Positions 62,755 to 64,000 of a stretch of 64,000 nucleotides of DNA are shown here, piece by piece. Source of the stretch: Pseudovirgaria hyperparasitica (Eukaryota). Both the position numbers and the translations under genes were made by a program. Numbering within the stretch: position 1 is the first letter of the stretch; the number at the start of each line of letters is the position of its first letter. The notes beneath the pieces were generated by a model. That model was not told where the DNA came from. It searched no databases and saw only the letters and a program-made list of their open reading frames with translations. The stretch lies in assembly GCA_010093815.1 (NCBI GenBank), contig ML996578.1, one strand, 5' to 3'.

Positions 62755-63729
62755 CCTGCAAAGGATATGTACTATCCAGACGGCAAACGTCGATGGGAAC
62801 AAGGCATTCCGAAAGCTCGCGAGGCGCTCGAAGTTCTGTGCCAAAGTCGCGATGCAGATCGCTTAAGTTACTCAGTCGTAAGCTGTAAGATTCGTAGGCA
62901 CGGTCACCATGCTCACTCGAAGGGAATAACTTATATCTGGGTCGCGGATTTCACAATTTGCGAGAATATGTCTAGATTCGTCAACAGGAAGGGAAACGAG
63001 CTTTCTCTATAAACTGCGAAGTCATTCGTGTTTGAAGCAGTGCAATTCTTTTGACTATCTGGCGTGCATATTACACTGGATTAGTGAGAGGCCCTATATT
63101 CCTAAATACCGCTAGCGAGCCTGTAATGTAACACACAGCTTACTGCTCTAGCCTCTTCTTAGGTAGGGGGTTCTCCTACAGAGATATTAGAGCATCCGAT
63201 CTTTTCCTTGGGCTATTAAAAATATCATTCCAATTAGGTAAATACATCTCCCATTATCGACATAATCATATAGAACCTAAACATCTTCATGAATGAAAGA
63301 AGCACTAAATATTCTATATGCTGTCTATCAAGCGTGGCGCTCTCCTCTATATGGGAGCCATCTCGTGGCCCCTTTCAGATCTAGACACCTTCATAATCGA
63401 CGGGCATTATCCGTGGACCGAAAGCAGGAAGAAACTACGGTGACACCTTTTCACTTACTTTTTTCTTAGAGTCGTTAAGCGAAAGTCACAAGGTGAAGCG
63501 CTCTGCGTCCAGGCTCTTTCGTAGCGAGACATATGTATGTGATAAGCAAGATATTGTTTTTGTGACTGGTCATAAAAGGTGTAGTATGCTATGGTAAATG
63601 GTCTAGATGTTTGACAGCGTGATGGGGGTGATATGCTCGTCCCCTTGGTAATACCAGAGTATTAAGCAAGATTAATGATTCGTCGTTTGCCTAGAACCTA
63701 ACTCTCTTAGCATTCGGATGTCGCGCTAT

Positions 63730-64000
63730 ATCTCCCCTACCTAAATTTATATAAGATAGATATATTCTAGTATTTTATTATATACTTGTCGCTAATATAT
63801 TACTATTACTAATTATATATATTTAGTAGATTATTAAGGCTATCTAGTAGTTAGTATATCTATTATATAATATATTTCTAGTATTTTTAACTTATAGTTA
63901 TATATAGTAGGCCTACCTAGTAAGGTATATAATATAAGTATCTATTACTAAATTAACTTTCTTCTTAAGTATAATATACCCTCTACTATTACTATAGAGA
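63730..64000. mobile_element. Edge of an AT-rich, RIP-degenerated repeat block (element type not identifiable)
   Basis: Abrupt shift to very AT-rich sequence. From 63741 to the end I find no CpA and one TpG, but abundant TpA. Confidence 0.7.

Noticed and set aside
1..64000. tRNA, 5S rRNA, snRNA or TPP riboswitch
   Set aside because: No convincing A/B-box cloverleaf or conserved cores were seen by eye. A covariance-model scan would be needed to exclude them.

Overview
Eukaryotic, filamentous-ascomycete (Pezizomycotina) genomic DNA. Evidence: short GT..AG introns with CTRAC-type branch points, Zn2Cys6 regulators and RIP-like TpA-rich tracts. It holds about 21 intact protein-coding genes, mostly housekeeping: RAD2/XPG (5'-truncated), succinate-semialdehyde dehydrogenase, a formate/nitrite transporter, a PBDC1-like protein, three Zn2Cys6 transcription factors (two head-to-head), CGI121, COX4, a DPB3/DLS1-like histone-fold protein, a GH76 mannanase, VPS9, a DHA1 MFS transporter, a RING protein, a twin-CX9C protein, an AME1/CENP-U-like protein, a beta-lactamase-fold esterase, GPI17/PIG-S, a GFA-like protein and CET1. 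A gene-poor accessory-like patch (~9.3-16 kb) contains a frame-intact but stop-riddled pseudogene, other coding relics and a 106-bp tandem repeat. A strongly RIP-like AT-rich block starts at the right edge. The most unusual signal is a recurring, orientation-independent C/A-rich to G/T-rich compositional switch inside many genes. I saw no tRNA, rRNA, CRISPR or intact transposon. Exon boundaries were read by eye, and family assignments come from motif recognition, not database searches.
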